From NCBI RefSeq assembly GCF_020745735.1, contig NW_026869299.1:62001-126000 (forward strand): a DNA stretch of 64,000 nucleotides. The letters are read 5' to 3'. Origin of the DNA: Hemiscyllium ocellatum (Eukaryota). Of the stretch, positions 36,185 to 48,329 are shown piece by piece (the first letter of the stretch is position 1; the number at the start of each line of letters is the position of its first letter). Both the position numbers and the translations under genes were made by a program. The notes under the pieces were generated by a model. That model searched no databases, was not told the origin of the DNA, and saw only the letters and a program-made list of their open reading frames with translations.

Positions 36185-38600
36185 GGGCAGGTTATTTGAA
36201 ATTGGAGAACTGTGTTGAGTTCTCTAGGCTGTAGGCTGCCCAGGTGGAAGATGCGGTGTACCTCCTGATTCACTGTGACAATGGAAGTCGAGAATTAACG
36301 TGTAAGGGAGGGAGTGGGAGGCATAATTGAAATGGATGGTGAGTAGGAGCCAGGCTGACCCTTATTTTACTTTGTTTGGTCTCACCAATGTAGAGAGTAC
36401 CACATCGGGAGCACTGGATGCAGTAAACTAGATTGAACAGAAGTTCACCTGCAAGGACTGTTTGGGGCCCTGGATGGAGGTGAGGGAAAAGCTGGCAAGT
36501 GTTGCATCTTTTACAGTTCTGGGGTGGATATATTAGATGGGTTTGGTGGGAGTGTGATGTGACCCAATGATTGGTGATGGGAACTGTCCTAGTGGAAAGA
36601 AAGAGGAGTATGGAGAAGAACACTTTCTGGGTAATGAGGTTTATTTGGAGTTGGTGGAGGATGATATTTTGGATGTGGAGACTGATGGGGTGGAAATTGA
36701 GGACCAGGGGAACCATTTCTTTGTTTGGATGGAATGAGCTTTAGAGCAGTCAAGTGGGGAATGAAGGAAATGCAGTGGAAGGCTGTCTGGATGAACGAGG
36801 AGGAAAGAAATCATTGTTTGAAATAAGAGAGCATCTTGGATGCTTGGGAGTGGAACATCATGTCAGAGCAAATATGATGGAGATGGAGGAATTGGAATAA
36901 TGGGGATGGAATTTTTACAGGAGGCGGTTCGGTCTAGGTAATTACAGGAGTCTGTGGATTTATTGTAAATGCTAGTCAGTAAATGTACTGGAGATGGAAG
37001 CAGAGAGGACAAAAAAGGAGAGGGAGCTGTCTGAGATAGACAAAGTGAATTTGAGGGCAGGGTGGAAGTTGACGATAAAGCCCAGTTCAGCCTGGGTGCA
37101 GGATGCAACACTGCAATCATTAATGTAATGGCAGAAGAGTTGGGGAACAGTACTGGTGTATGTACTGAAGAGGGACGCTTCGAGACGCCTGACAAAGAGG
37201 CAGGCATAGCTAGGACCCATGCAAGTACCTGTGGTGCCCCGTGGATTTGAGGAAAGTGGGAAAAGTTGATTGAAAAGTTATTGAGAGTGAGGCGGAAGAA
37301 GGTATTGATGGTGGTGGGGGTACTGATTGGGTCTGTTGGAGAGGAAATAAGCTGAGGACCTCCAGGCTGACCTTGTCAGATATGGATTTGTAAAAGGACT
37401 ATCTGTCCATAGTGAAGATGAAGTGCTGGATGCGAGGGAACAGGAAGTTTCCAAAGAGGTAGAGGGAGTGGTTTATGTCTCGGCTATAGGTGGGAAATGC
37501 CTGCACCAAGGAGGACAGAATGGAGTTTGGTGAGATTGGAGCATGGAGACGATGGGCTGGCTGTGGTAGATGGGCTTGTGGATCTTGGAACAGGTAGAAC
37601 CAGGCAGTGTGGTGCTGGGGCACTGAGGGTGAAGGGGAGATTACTGGAGATGATGAAGTCATGGGCAGCACGGGTGCTAATGGCCTGATGAGCAATGGTG
37701 CAGTTGTGATCAAAAGGGAGGTAGGATGTGGTGTTAGAGAGGTAATGTTCAGTCTCTGCTACTTTGAGGCCTGTCTTCCAAACAGGTTTGACGGTGAAAC
37801 TGGGATTGGTGCAGAGAGAGTGGAGCCCTGCATATTCAGATGGGTTGAGGTTGGAATGGTGAAAGCAGTGGAAAATCAAAGCAGTTGAGGGTAGCGTTGG
37901 CAGTCAGCAATAGAGACCGGGAGTTGTTTGTGCTATAGGAAGGTTGGAGGTGGGAGAAGGGGTCATCGAAGGTGGTTGGGAGTCTCTTCCAATGAAGACA
38001 GGTTGGCAGCAGAAATAGATCTCCATGTTGCAGTGGACATGGAACTTATGGGGGAGGGGGTGCACAGTGAATATGTGACAAGGTGCAGATGCTGTTTTGA
38101 GAGGGGATCTTGAGCCTTGAAGAAGGCAGAAAGGGCAATAATGTCTGGGTAAGGGTTGAATGTGGTCTGATGGGGAGGTGGTGTACTTATGGGAGTCAAA
38201 GCTGTGGGTTGGAAGATTAAATTTGTGGAGAGGAATGAGTTAGAAAAGAGGGAGGAGAAGTGGAGGGGAAGGGTTTGTTGTGGGGATGGACACGTGAGGA
38301 AGGAGAGCTGGTGTGTTGGCCGGTTGCAGATGGCCAGTAGGACACAGGAGTCACCTTGGGGATTGGAATCCGTGGGTTGATTGGACAATAGGCAGAGTCG
38401 GGAGTGGGAGTTGCCAGGATGGTGAGGCAGGTCCCAGTCCTTCCTTCGGTGGAATCCGGTTGGTGTTGGTGGATACATCTGAAGCGGGACTTGCAGGAAC
38501 TCGCATTCAAGCTCTTTCTCTGTTCCGGACGACTCCTCTAGTGCTGACCTGGATTGCATCAATGAAAAGACTGGGACCTACCTCAACTTTCCTGCAACTT
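36185..38600 (-). mobile_element. Decayed Penelope-like element
   Basis: Minus ORFs contain LVYCIQCSRCGTLYIGETK (GIY-YIG) and MGPSYACLFV..FCHYINDC (PLE RT). Confidence 0.85.
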
Positions 38601-38639
38601 CCGTTCCTACTCCAGACGCCACCCACTTTTCAACTGACA

Positions 38640-40640
38640 GGGTAACTTCTGGGTGCTACTAACCATCTGCAATGAGCCAGCACACCAGCTCTCCATCACT
38701 ACCTGTCCACTCCCACAATACACACTACCTCTCCCCTCTACTTCATCCCCTCCCTTCCTGCACCCCTACCTAAATTCAGTCTCCCAGCCCACCCCTCTCC
38801 CACTCTTCCTCCCAAAACTACTACTTCCCAACCCCACTACACCACATCCATTAAACTCTAATGCATCACATGCTATTACCCCAACCCAGCCTCCTGGAGA
38901 CCCCACCCCTGAGCATTTCTGCATATTCACTGTTTCTCTCCCCTGCCACCCTCTACTGAGGCCGAATGGTCTGTTCTTAGTAAAGGACTCCCAGTTGTGC
39001 CCCTCTGCCCCCACTTCATCTGATTCAGTGTCTACCATGGAGTGGAACCTTTCTGCCACTTTTGTGCCTCCTTTGACAGATTCCCAACCACCTTTCGATG
39101 ACGCTTTCTCTTCCTCTTCCATGCCCCCCCCAGCCTCTTACCCATCCTATACCTTTTTATTGCTGACTGCCAATGTGACCCTCGACCACCTGAATTTCTC
39201 CACTCGCCCTCACTCACTCCACCCTTCGCCTCTGCACTTGCAGCACTCCACACTCTCCATGCCAATCCCCATTTCACCATTTAACTCGCTGACAAACGCA
39301 GGGCATTGGTCGTTTGGAGGGAGGAGCTCTGTATCGCAGAGACCGAAGACTAGCTCTCTGTCACCACATTCTAGCTCCTTCTTGATCACCACTCCATCAC
39401 GGCCCATTCAGGTTACTGTCACCCACCCTGTCTGTGACTGCATCACTTCCAATGGTCTCCCCTCCACTGCCTCCATCCTCATAGTCTCCCAGCCCCCCAA
39501 TGCCCGGTGTAGTCGCTCCCCAAGATCCACAGGCCCCATTACCCCGGACAACCTATTGCTTCCACATGCACTTGCCCCACCGAACTCATGTTTTCCTACT
39601 TGATTCCACTCTCTCCTTGGTCCAGGCGCCTTGTACCTACATCTGCAACACACGCCACTCACTCCACCTCTTTCGAAACTTCCAGTTACCTGGTCCCCAG
39701 CACTTCATCTTCACGATGGATGCACAGCCCTTATAGACATCCATATTCCACAAGGATGACTGACAGGCTCCAGTTTTTTTCTACACCAACAGAACTCTCC
39801 CCGCCACCACCCACCCTCCCCCCCCGCCCCCAACCCTCCTCCACAACCACGTACTCCACCTTACTGAATAATCCTTACCCTCAAAACTTTTCCTTCAACC
39901 TTTCCTGGTTTTGCCAAATCCAGGGGATGGCCTTGGGCCCTAGTTATGCCTGCCTCTTTGTCAGGTGTGTGGAACAGTTCCAACAGTTTCCCAACTCCTT
40001 TGCTGCTGCATCGATGACTGCATCAGCGCTGTATCCTGCATCTAGGCTTGAACTGGAGCAGTTCATAGACTTCATCAAAACTTTCCACCCTGCCCTCAAA
40101 TTCCCTTGATCTATCTCAGACACTTTACTCCCCTTTCTTGACCTCTATTTCCATATTCAGTGACAGTTTGCATACCAACATTTACTATAAACCCACACTC
40201 CCATAGCTACCTAGACTACACCTGCTCCCATCCTGTGTCCTGCAAAATCTCCATCCTGTTTTCCCAATTCCTGAGTCTCCATTGCATCTGCTTTTACAAT
40301 ATCCTGCTCCACTCCCAAGCATCCCAGATGCCTCCCATTTCAAACAACACTTTTTCCCCCGCACTGTCATCCAGGCAGCCATCCATTGCACCACCTCCAT
40401 TCCCGCTCCACTTCTCTAAACCCCGTCCCATCTATCCATAGTAAAGACATGGTCCAGCTTGTCCTCACCTCCTACCCCATCAGCCTCTGTATTCAATGAA
40501 CCATCCTCAAACACTTCCAACTCCGTTAGACCCCACCACCCAGAATATTTTCTCCTCTCCATCATTCTCTGCTTCAGTCAATTTTGCCAATCATTGTTTT
40601 GTGGCACAGTCCACTACAGGGTCAACAAGGCCAGGTTACA
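38640..40640 (+). mobile_element. Decayed Penelope-like element, head-to-head with the previous copy
   Basis: QIQGMALGPSYACLFV at ~39915-39965; YLDYTCSHP..FSQFL at ~40200-40275. 38641-38733 is an inverted homolog of 38270-38358. Confidence 0.82.
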
Positions 40641-40696
40641 CTCATCAAAAGATAACGTGAGCATGACCAAAGGTGCCAGGGTTCCCACATTTTTTT

Positions 40697-41017
40697 TTAG
40701 ATTAGATTAGATTAGACTTACAGTGTGGAAACAGGCCCTTCGGCCCAACAAGTCCACACCGACCCGCCGAAGCGCAACCCACCCATACCCCTACATTTTA
40801 CCCCTACCTAACACTATGGGCAATTTAGCATGGCCAATTCACCTAACTTGCACATTTTTGGACTGTGGGAGGAAACCGGAGCACACGGAGGAAACCCACG
40901 CAGACACGGGGAGAACGTGCAAACTCCACACAGTCAGTCGCCTGAGTCGGGAAATGAACCCAGGTCTCAGGCACTGTGAGGCAGCAGTGCTAACCACTGT
41001 GCCACCGTGCCGCCCAC
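40697..41017 (-). mobile_element. HE1 SINE (tRNA-derived, V-domain), young
   Basis: Reversed (TCTAA)n tail TTAGATTAGATTAGATTAG; reversed 5' GTGGGCGGCACGGTGGCACAGTGGTTAGCACTGCTGCCTCACAG; CpGs retained. Confidence 0.9.
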
Positions 41018-41385
41018 TTGTCCATGAACTTGGATAATTTCTGTGTCTGGTAAATTATTACAGAAGGTTCATATGCAACTGGCATCCATCCTGGCGCCAT
41101 TACATCAATGCCTGAAAGAGCCTTGGAAATGGTCTCATAGACTGTAGCTTTTGATGAAGTAAAAAAACAACTATCGTCCCCTGTGTTGGCATAACATGCT
41201 TCCAAGAAAGATTGGGAATTGATGTGAAATCTCTTCTGATATGGCATCAAGTGATATGAGCTCATAGTCCACAGGTAAGGATTGCCCAGTAGCTGGGACT
41301 TTGGCTGGTGCAGAGTGTACATTAGCCCAAATAGGAAAAAGAGGATTGGTGGTCCTAATTTCCATTAATAACCTTCATGGGTCGC

Positions 41386-41607
41386 AAAGTGTGGTGCTGG
41401 AAAAGCACGGCCAAACAGGCAGCAGCAGAGGAGCAGGAGAATCAATGTTGAGCATAAGCTCTTCATCAGGAATGCAACATTCCTGATGAAGAGCTTATGC
41501 TCAACAACAATTTTTATGCTCCTCGGATGCTGTCTGGCTGGCTGTGCTTTTTCAGCACCACACTTTTTTACTTTGATTTCCAGCAACTGCAGTCCTCACT
41601 TTCTCCC
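41386..41607. mobile_element. Penelope-derived inverted-repeat mini-element with two hammerhead-like arms
   Basis: AAAGTGTGGTGCTGGAAAAGCAC..GTGCTTTTTCAGCACCACACTTT, with a perfect 29-bp inverted repeat at 41446-41474 and 41478-41506. Confidence 0.8.
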
Positions 41608-41808
41608 AGTTGATTTTAACCTTCACGGGTGACAATTTGTGATAATAACAAAATAGTGCCGGCAGTAGCTTTGTGATGCACACAGCAGTGTGCTCTAATG
41701 TTAACTGCTTGTGCTTACAAATTAGAACACCATGTCAGGAGGCTGAATAGCAAATGTGATGCATTGAGCCTCTTTTGAAAGGCATTTGGTATGTAAGGAC
41801 AGCTGTAT

Positions 41809-42082
41809 CAGCATGGTCACAGGACAGTTAGCACTGCTATCTCACAGCACCAGGGATCTGGGTTCGATTCCAGCCTCAGGTGGCTGTCTTTGTGGAGTTT
41901 GTATATTCTCCCTGTGTCTGCATGAGTTTCCTCCCATAGTCCAAAGATGTGCAGGTGTAGGTTGGGTGCATTAGTCAGGGATAAATGTAAGATAGGGGAA
42001 TGGGTCTGAGTGGGTTAATCTTCAAAGGGTCAGTGTGGGCTTGATCGGCCGAAGGGCCTGTTTCCACACTGTACAATCTTTA
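41809..42082 (+). mobile_element. HE1 SINE (older), inserted into a Gypsy integrase remnant
   Basis: TTAGCACTGCTATCTCACAGCACCAGGGATCTGGGTTCGATTCC head and GCCGAAGGGCCTGTTTCCACACTGTA tail. It splits ATGTAAGGACAGCTGTATC|..GTTGTCC, which is contiguous at ~50030. Confidence 0.85.
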
Positions 42083-43966
42083 GGAATGCTAATTCTGTAA
42101 TGTTGTCCAATAATCTGGTGGAACGAGCAGTTGAATGTTGAAGGCAGACTTAAAGAAACAGCCTACACCTTCACTCGATATCATGCTATCACAGTTTCTG
42201 TTTGATTTATAGATCCAGCCCTCATGCAACGAATTATATACCTCTATCAGAGTTGTGACTGTGGAAAAGATTCCACACCAGGTTAACTTTGATCTTCCAG
42301 GACATTGAGAAAGGTGAAATGACTTCAGGAGCACCAAGGCCCACTGCAATGCTCTTCTACATGAGAGGGGCTGTTTATTTCATGGGACAAACTTTGGTGT
42401 TGAAACCGTGGGAATGGCCCTGCATGGGTAAGAGACATGGTAGCATTGAGGACAATGTTTGGGTTGAAGAGGTGGTCCTGAACAAGCATTTGGAATACAT
42501 GATAGCTGTGTCCTCTCCAAATGGCCAAGAGCAAACTGTACCCAGTCATTCCGAATACCTGGCAAGGCTGTCAAAACCTGTTAATTCTCCCCATCCTCCC
42601 AGTGTCGAAGAAACCACTGAGGGAGAGATGGACACAGCAGCTGTCACAACATTGCTGGCAGACGATGAAGAATGTCTGCTCAGATGCTCCAAGGGCAAGA
42701 GGCAGTCACAGTCTGGTATGCGCCAGCACTATCCAAGCCAGAGTTTGAGGAACCAGACCTGGTGGGAAGACATCCCAGGAGATGCCACAGGAAGAAGAAT
42801 GGGCATAAATCCTAGGACTTCGAGATGGAGGAAAGTAATTATTGGAGCGAGGTCAGCCAGCTGAACATCATTGAACAGAATTTCCCAAGTTGGGGCTATG
42901 AATCTGGTCCAATCAGGGAGTCCTGACTGCTCATTCAAGCAGCTGACTCTGTGAATACTAGGTCATTATCATCTACTGTCCACATATGAGTTTTGGTCTG
43001 CATACTGCTAAGCAATACCCAAGCCTTGGACGAAATTGACAAGACCGTCTGGAAAGAGTAGAATATCCTAGGGGAGCTCCCAGATGCCACAACCATGAAT
43101 ATTTTCAAAGAAATGGAACATGTCTGACTGTGGTAACTATTGGGGAATATCCCTTACGTCAATCACTGCCAAAATCCTTCTCAACTGTCTCCTCCCTGTG
43201 GTTCCTCTGCTCCCATGTCAGCATCTGAGCTTTGATCTTTCCTTGGGTTAGTGAATTATTACGGAAAATGACCTAGCCTCCATTTTGGCAGCTTAGGTAT
43301 GCTATTCAGAAAGGGATAGCCTTACAAATAGTGACGTTGCCAAGAAGTAGCCTTTTGGCAAGTGAAAACACAGATTTCATTGTTTAAAGTCTTGGCAAAG
43401 AATAATCCCCTTGTGAGATGTGTTGCTGGCTCATCGATGGCTCAACAGGGAGGACTGTCCGATTAGTGTCCGTTTCCCAGACTTCAGCTGATGCCAAATG
43501 AAGATGCATCGCATAGAGAAACAAAGTTTGGCAGGAATCTTTGTGTGAGAAAGTTCAGTCAATGCCTTTCTATGCATACATTTGAAACAGTAATGGACCC
43601 AAACCCTTGTTAAGATGAGCTGAAGAGGACAGGGCCATCCCACTTCTAGGTTCTGGTCAAATTCAGCTGTTATTAAGTGCATACAATTACAAGTTGGAAC
43701 ACCAAGCAGGCGGTCAAGTGGTTAATGCCTGAAGTCAACTCCCAGTGATGGATACACTAGAAAAGTCTGTTCTGGTTTTAAACTTTCTGCACACCCTTCC
43801 AGTCATCTCTGACAATCTCCGATTAGAACAAGGTCCCGTACTGGTGAGAAAAAAGAAACAACTGCAGTGTTAGAAATTAAAAAATCGTCATAAGCAGGAT
43901 TGAATCGTTTGTGGACCTGGTGAGATCAGATGGCCACTGAAAACTGCATACTAATATGGGGAACAA

Positions 43967-44058
43967 GGCTGAAAAATGTGTTGCTGGAAAAGCGCAGCAG
44001 GTCAGACAGCATCAAAGGAGCAGGGGAATTGGCGTTTCAGGCATAAGCCCGTCTTCAG
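43967..44058 (-). mobile_element. Penelope terminal fragment with hammerhead motif (cleavage triplet mutated)
   Basis: Minus strand reads CTGAAGA-C-GGGC TTAT GCCT-GAAAC-GCC. Confidence 0.7.
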
Positions 44059-45492
44059 CTCCAGCAGGGTCGTCCTGTGATTTCCAAAATTAGGATGTTG
44101 ATAAGAATTTATGTTTGGCCAGGATTAGATGCTGTGATAGCCATGTTGGTGGGGCAGTCTCCTGAGTGCCAATAGGGACAAGAATTGACTGGCCAGATAT
44201 AACCTGGATTCAGTTATATTTTGACTATGCCATTGCATCGCCTCGCTTCTCTGCACATCGCATCGCGTCACATTACGTCACATATCGCATCGCCCCTCCC
44301 CTCCCCTCGGCTGAGTACCCCAGGATCCCAGTGTGGCTTTCGGCCAGAGAGTTATCCATTGAACATGATTTTCACTGCAGTATATGGCCTTCTCGAATCT
44401 TTAAAAAGGCCTTTAACATCATCAATCGGGAAGAATTTCTGGAGCGTTCTTCGTTGCTTTAGTTGCACCATGATGTTTGTCACCATCCTTCACCTGCTCC
44501 ACATCAAAATGACAAACAGCTTCAACACCTACCCATTCGCCCTCTGAACCGGTGTCGAGCAGGGTATGTCATCACCGCAACACTTCTGAGTCTACCTCGC
44601 TGCACAACTTCACTTCCGACAAGCTGCCCATGTTTGATCCAAGGGGGCTTTAGTTGTGGTTCTGAACCATTGCTGTACCAGATGCTCTTAGTGGGGATCA
44701 GTGTGAGTGATGTCTTATTTTTAGTTGAAATATGCAGGTGTACTTTCTCTGAATTTTAAACCGTTATTCTTCATTTCCCAGGAGTTTTCAATTTGCGACA
44801 GAGCAGAGATTTATTTAATTGAAAAGAACGTTTAATTGTTTAGTTTTTTATTTGGTTGAAAAGAACAAATGCTGGCGAACTCAGCAGGTCAGAGAACATC
44901 CACGAGAGAGGGTAGCTAGTATTTCAAGACCAAATGAGTCCTCATCAGAGCTGTTCATGTGTTGTCTAATTTGCTTGAGTATATTTTTATTTTGGCCCCC
45001 TGTAGCCCCTGCCCACAAGTTGTTGGTGGGGCAGGGAAAGCCAGTTTTTGCCTGTTAAACAAAAAAGGCACTATTGCTCTGGGGAAAGCTAGAAAGAAGT
45101 AAACACAGTGAAAGCAGTTTAATTTCTGTTTTGAATGAGGACACCATTTTTCCTGGTGATGTGTCTGATTCAGGAATGTCTGACGCAAGCAGTATCAGGG
45201 CATGTCGGTTTTATTTTTTCATTTACATCTTTGTTTTTAAAAGAGTGGGGGATTGTTTTGCAGACTGGAGGCCTGTGACAAATGCAGGGATTGGTGCTGG
45301 GTGTAATGCCATTTTTCATTTTGGTAATGGATTGGAATGTGAATATGAATGTGAATGTTCAACTGCATCAGGAAATTCAATGCCGGCTACAAAACTCATC
45401 TTTGCGCGTGAGGCAGTTTACTACATTGGACAAAATGTGCTGTTTAAACCATTGGAATGGCATGCATGGGGAAGGGGCATGGTCGAAGTAAA

Positions 45493-45705
45493 AGGAGAAG
45501 GTGAGGACTGCAGATGCTGGAGATCAGAGCTGAAAAAGCGCAGCAGGTCAGGCAGCATCCAAGGAGCAGGAGAATTGACGTTTCGGACATAATCCTTCTT
45601 CAGGAATGAGTGATGAAGAAGGGCTTATGCCCGAAGCATCGATTCTCCTGCTTCTTGGATGCTGCCTGACCTGCTGCGCTTTTCCAGCAACACATTTTTC
45701 AGCTC
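45493..45705. mobile_element. Penelope-derived inverted pair of terminal fragments; one hammerhead core intact
   Basis: Minus strand of 45575-45606 reads TTC-CTGAAGA-A-GGAT TAT GTCC-GAAAC-GTC. The opposite arm is decayed (GAAGC). Confidence 0.78.
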
Positions 45706-46011
45706 ATGGTCGAAGTTAAGGGCAGGTCCCATGATGTTGGAGAGGCGGTCCTGAAGAAATGTGAGGATCACACGATAGCTGTAACCCGCAAGTGGCCAAG
45801 AGCACGGCATAACCAGCTCCTCAGAACATGTGGCAAGGATGTTCTCGCCTGTGGGTTCTCCTCATCCTGCCAGTGTAGAAGATTTGAGGGCAAATGTGGC
45901 AGCCTTGATGCCATTACCAACTGCAGAAGAAGACAAATTTCTGCTGAGATGCAAATGGTGGTTGACAGTCCATCACGTGGCGACAGTAACCAAGCTAGAG
46001 TCTGAGGAAAA

Positions 46012-46125
46012 AATGAGGTCTGCAGATGCTGGAGATCAGAGCTGAAAATGTGTTGCTGGAAAAGCGCAGCATCCAAGGAACAGGAAATTCGACGTTTCGG
46101 GCATAAGCCCTTCATCATTCCTGAT
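46012..46125 (-). mobile_element. Penelope terminal fragment (collapsed inverted pair)
   Basis: TTCGACGTTTCGGGCATAAGCCCTTCATCA joined to TTCCTGAT. Confidence 0.7.
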
Positions 46126-47689
46126 TGGCAGATATGTCAGGTGTCCTGCTCCAAAAGTCATCTCTATGAAAGCCAGGTCAGTGTTTTGTACTGTGCATGT
46201 GGAAATTCTTGAACTGCATCCAGCGGCATATTACACTCAGGGAGTTCAGTTATCGCCTAGCCTTGATGAAAAGGCAGACCTCCAGCTCAAGAACAAGGCT
46301 GCAGATGCAAGTGGTATTCCCCCTGAAGCATTGAAGTGTGGAGGCACTGAGCTCCCACTGTAACTGTAACTGTATGTCCTTGTGTACCCTATCTAAAAGG
46401 AGGAGAGCATCCCGGGGGGCTCCCAGATGCCAAAGTTATTAGCTTTGTCAACAAAGTGAACATGCCAAACTGTGGTAACTGCAAGGTAAAATCCCTGATG
46501 TCGACCATTGGAAAACTCATCACCAAGGTCCTTTTCAAGTGGCTCCTCCCTGCGTTTGAGGAACTCCTTCCAGAGTCTCAGTGTGGCTTTGGCCCCAGAA
46601 AGTTACAATGGACATGTTTTTCACTGCTGTCTTGGACCCTCATGGAGCTTACAAAGTCCTTTGACACAATTAATTGAGAAGCATTTGTGAAGTGTTCTTC
46701 TCCAATTTAGTTGCAGTCTTTGGCCTGATCCACAACAAAGTGTAAATCATTATAATGGCAAACAGGGTCACCACCTGCCCATTTCCCCTCTGAACCAGTG
46801 TCGAACAGGGCCAAGTCATCACCTGAACACTGTTCTGAAACTATTGCTGCAGGATCTCAATGCCGACAAGCTGACAACTTTTGCCCCAATAAGACTTTAA
46901 TTATAGTCCTACATTGTCGCTGTCCCAGAAGCTCTTGATGGGGATCAGTGTGAGGTGTAAGTTATGTACAGCTGTACTTCCTCTCGATTTTATGCATCAT
47001 TGTTCCTTTCCATGGAGTGTTCAATCATGACAGTGCAGAGAGGATTCATTTATTCAGTTATTCAGGCAGCATCCATGAGAGAGAGCAAGCTAAGACTTTG
47101 AGTCGAGCTGACTCCTCGCCAGAGCTGTTCATTTATCATTTGTTTTCTTATATTTGCTTGAGTTTATTTTTATTTTGGACCCCTTTTGGCCACTGCCTAA
47201 AACTGGTTGTTGCAGACATTGTCAACGGTGAGCCAATTTTTGTGTGTGTGTTTGTTTTTGCCATTCCATAGAGTCATAGTATCTTCATTTTTCGTTGACA
47301 CACTGATAGTTGCTTTAATTCTTGTTTTGAAGTAAAAAAAAATCACCAGTTTCATCCAAATGTTTGTTTGGAAATTCTATTTTTTTTTGGTAGTTCTTGG
47401 TGAATGATAATGTGTTGAGCGAGGTTTAATTTTGTTGACCCCACTCCAACATTGGGCCCCATCTAGTCTTGAAAGAGTAGAGTGTTTCACCTGGTGCTGT
47501 GCCTGTCTTGGGATTTTCTGATGAAGGAAATATCAGGTGTTCTTGGTTTCTTTCCTTTTACATCTTTGGTTTTATCAGAGTGGAGGATTGTTGATCAAAC
47601 TGGAGACCTGTGATGAATAAAGGGATTGGTGCTGGGTCCATTGCCATTTGTTATTTATGTAAATGGAGTAGCATTGAGAATATAGGAAA

Positions 47690-47885
47690 CATGGATGCAC
47701 GTATGAAACAAGCTGCCAGAGGATGTGGTGGAGGCTGGTACAACTGCAATATTTAAAAGGCATCTGGATGGAAATACGAATAGGAAGAGTTTTGATGGAT
47801 ATGAGCCAAGTGCTGGCAAGTGGGACTGGATACATTTAGAATATGTGGTTGGCATATTGAGTTGGGCTGAAGAGCCTGTTTCCAT
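47690..47885 (+). mobile_element. CR1 3'-end insertion specific to one array unit
   Basis: GCTGCCAGAGGATGTGGTGGAGGCTGGTACAACTGCAATATTTAAAAGGCATCTGGATGG..GCTGAAGAGCCTGTTTCCATG; absent from the equivalent site in other units. Confidence 0.7.
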
Positions 47886-48329
47886 GTTATACATCTCTAA
47901 CTCCATGTTGAGTGATTTTGCAGATGTCACCAAGTTTGCCGTATAGTAGACAGTGAAGCAGGTGATCAAAGATTCCAAATGTATCCTGATCAAGTGGGCC
48001 AATGGGCCAAGGAGTGGCAGATGGAGTTTAGTTTTGATAAATGTGAGATGTTCCATTTTGCTTAGATGGACAGGGCAAGACTTTCACAATTAATGGTAAG
48101 GCATCTGGAGAATTGCCGAAGAGCAACCTAAGGTTTGGTAGAACCTCTATAATGCGGAAGCCGGCCATTTGGCCTGTTGAGTCCACATGACCAGTACCAC
48201 TTGGTGTGCGTGCAAATGTAGAGGCAGCATTCATGAGGCTGGAGAGTGAAGCAATAATAAAACCGCTATATTTACTGTATCCACTGTAATGGTCGTCGCC
48301 TTTGTGGAGATTTTGATGAAACAGTGATC

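Noticed and set aside
38653-39603. 316-aa Pro/Ser/Thr-rich ORF, the longest in the window
   Set aside because: Product of the C-rich strand of a decayed Penelope element; drifts across PLE frames with no coherent domain.
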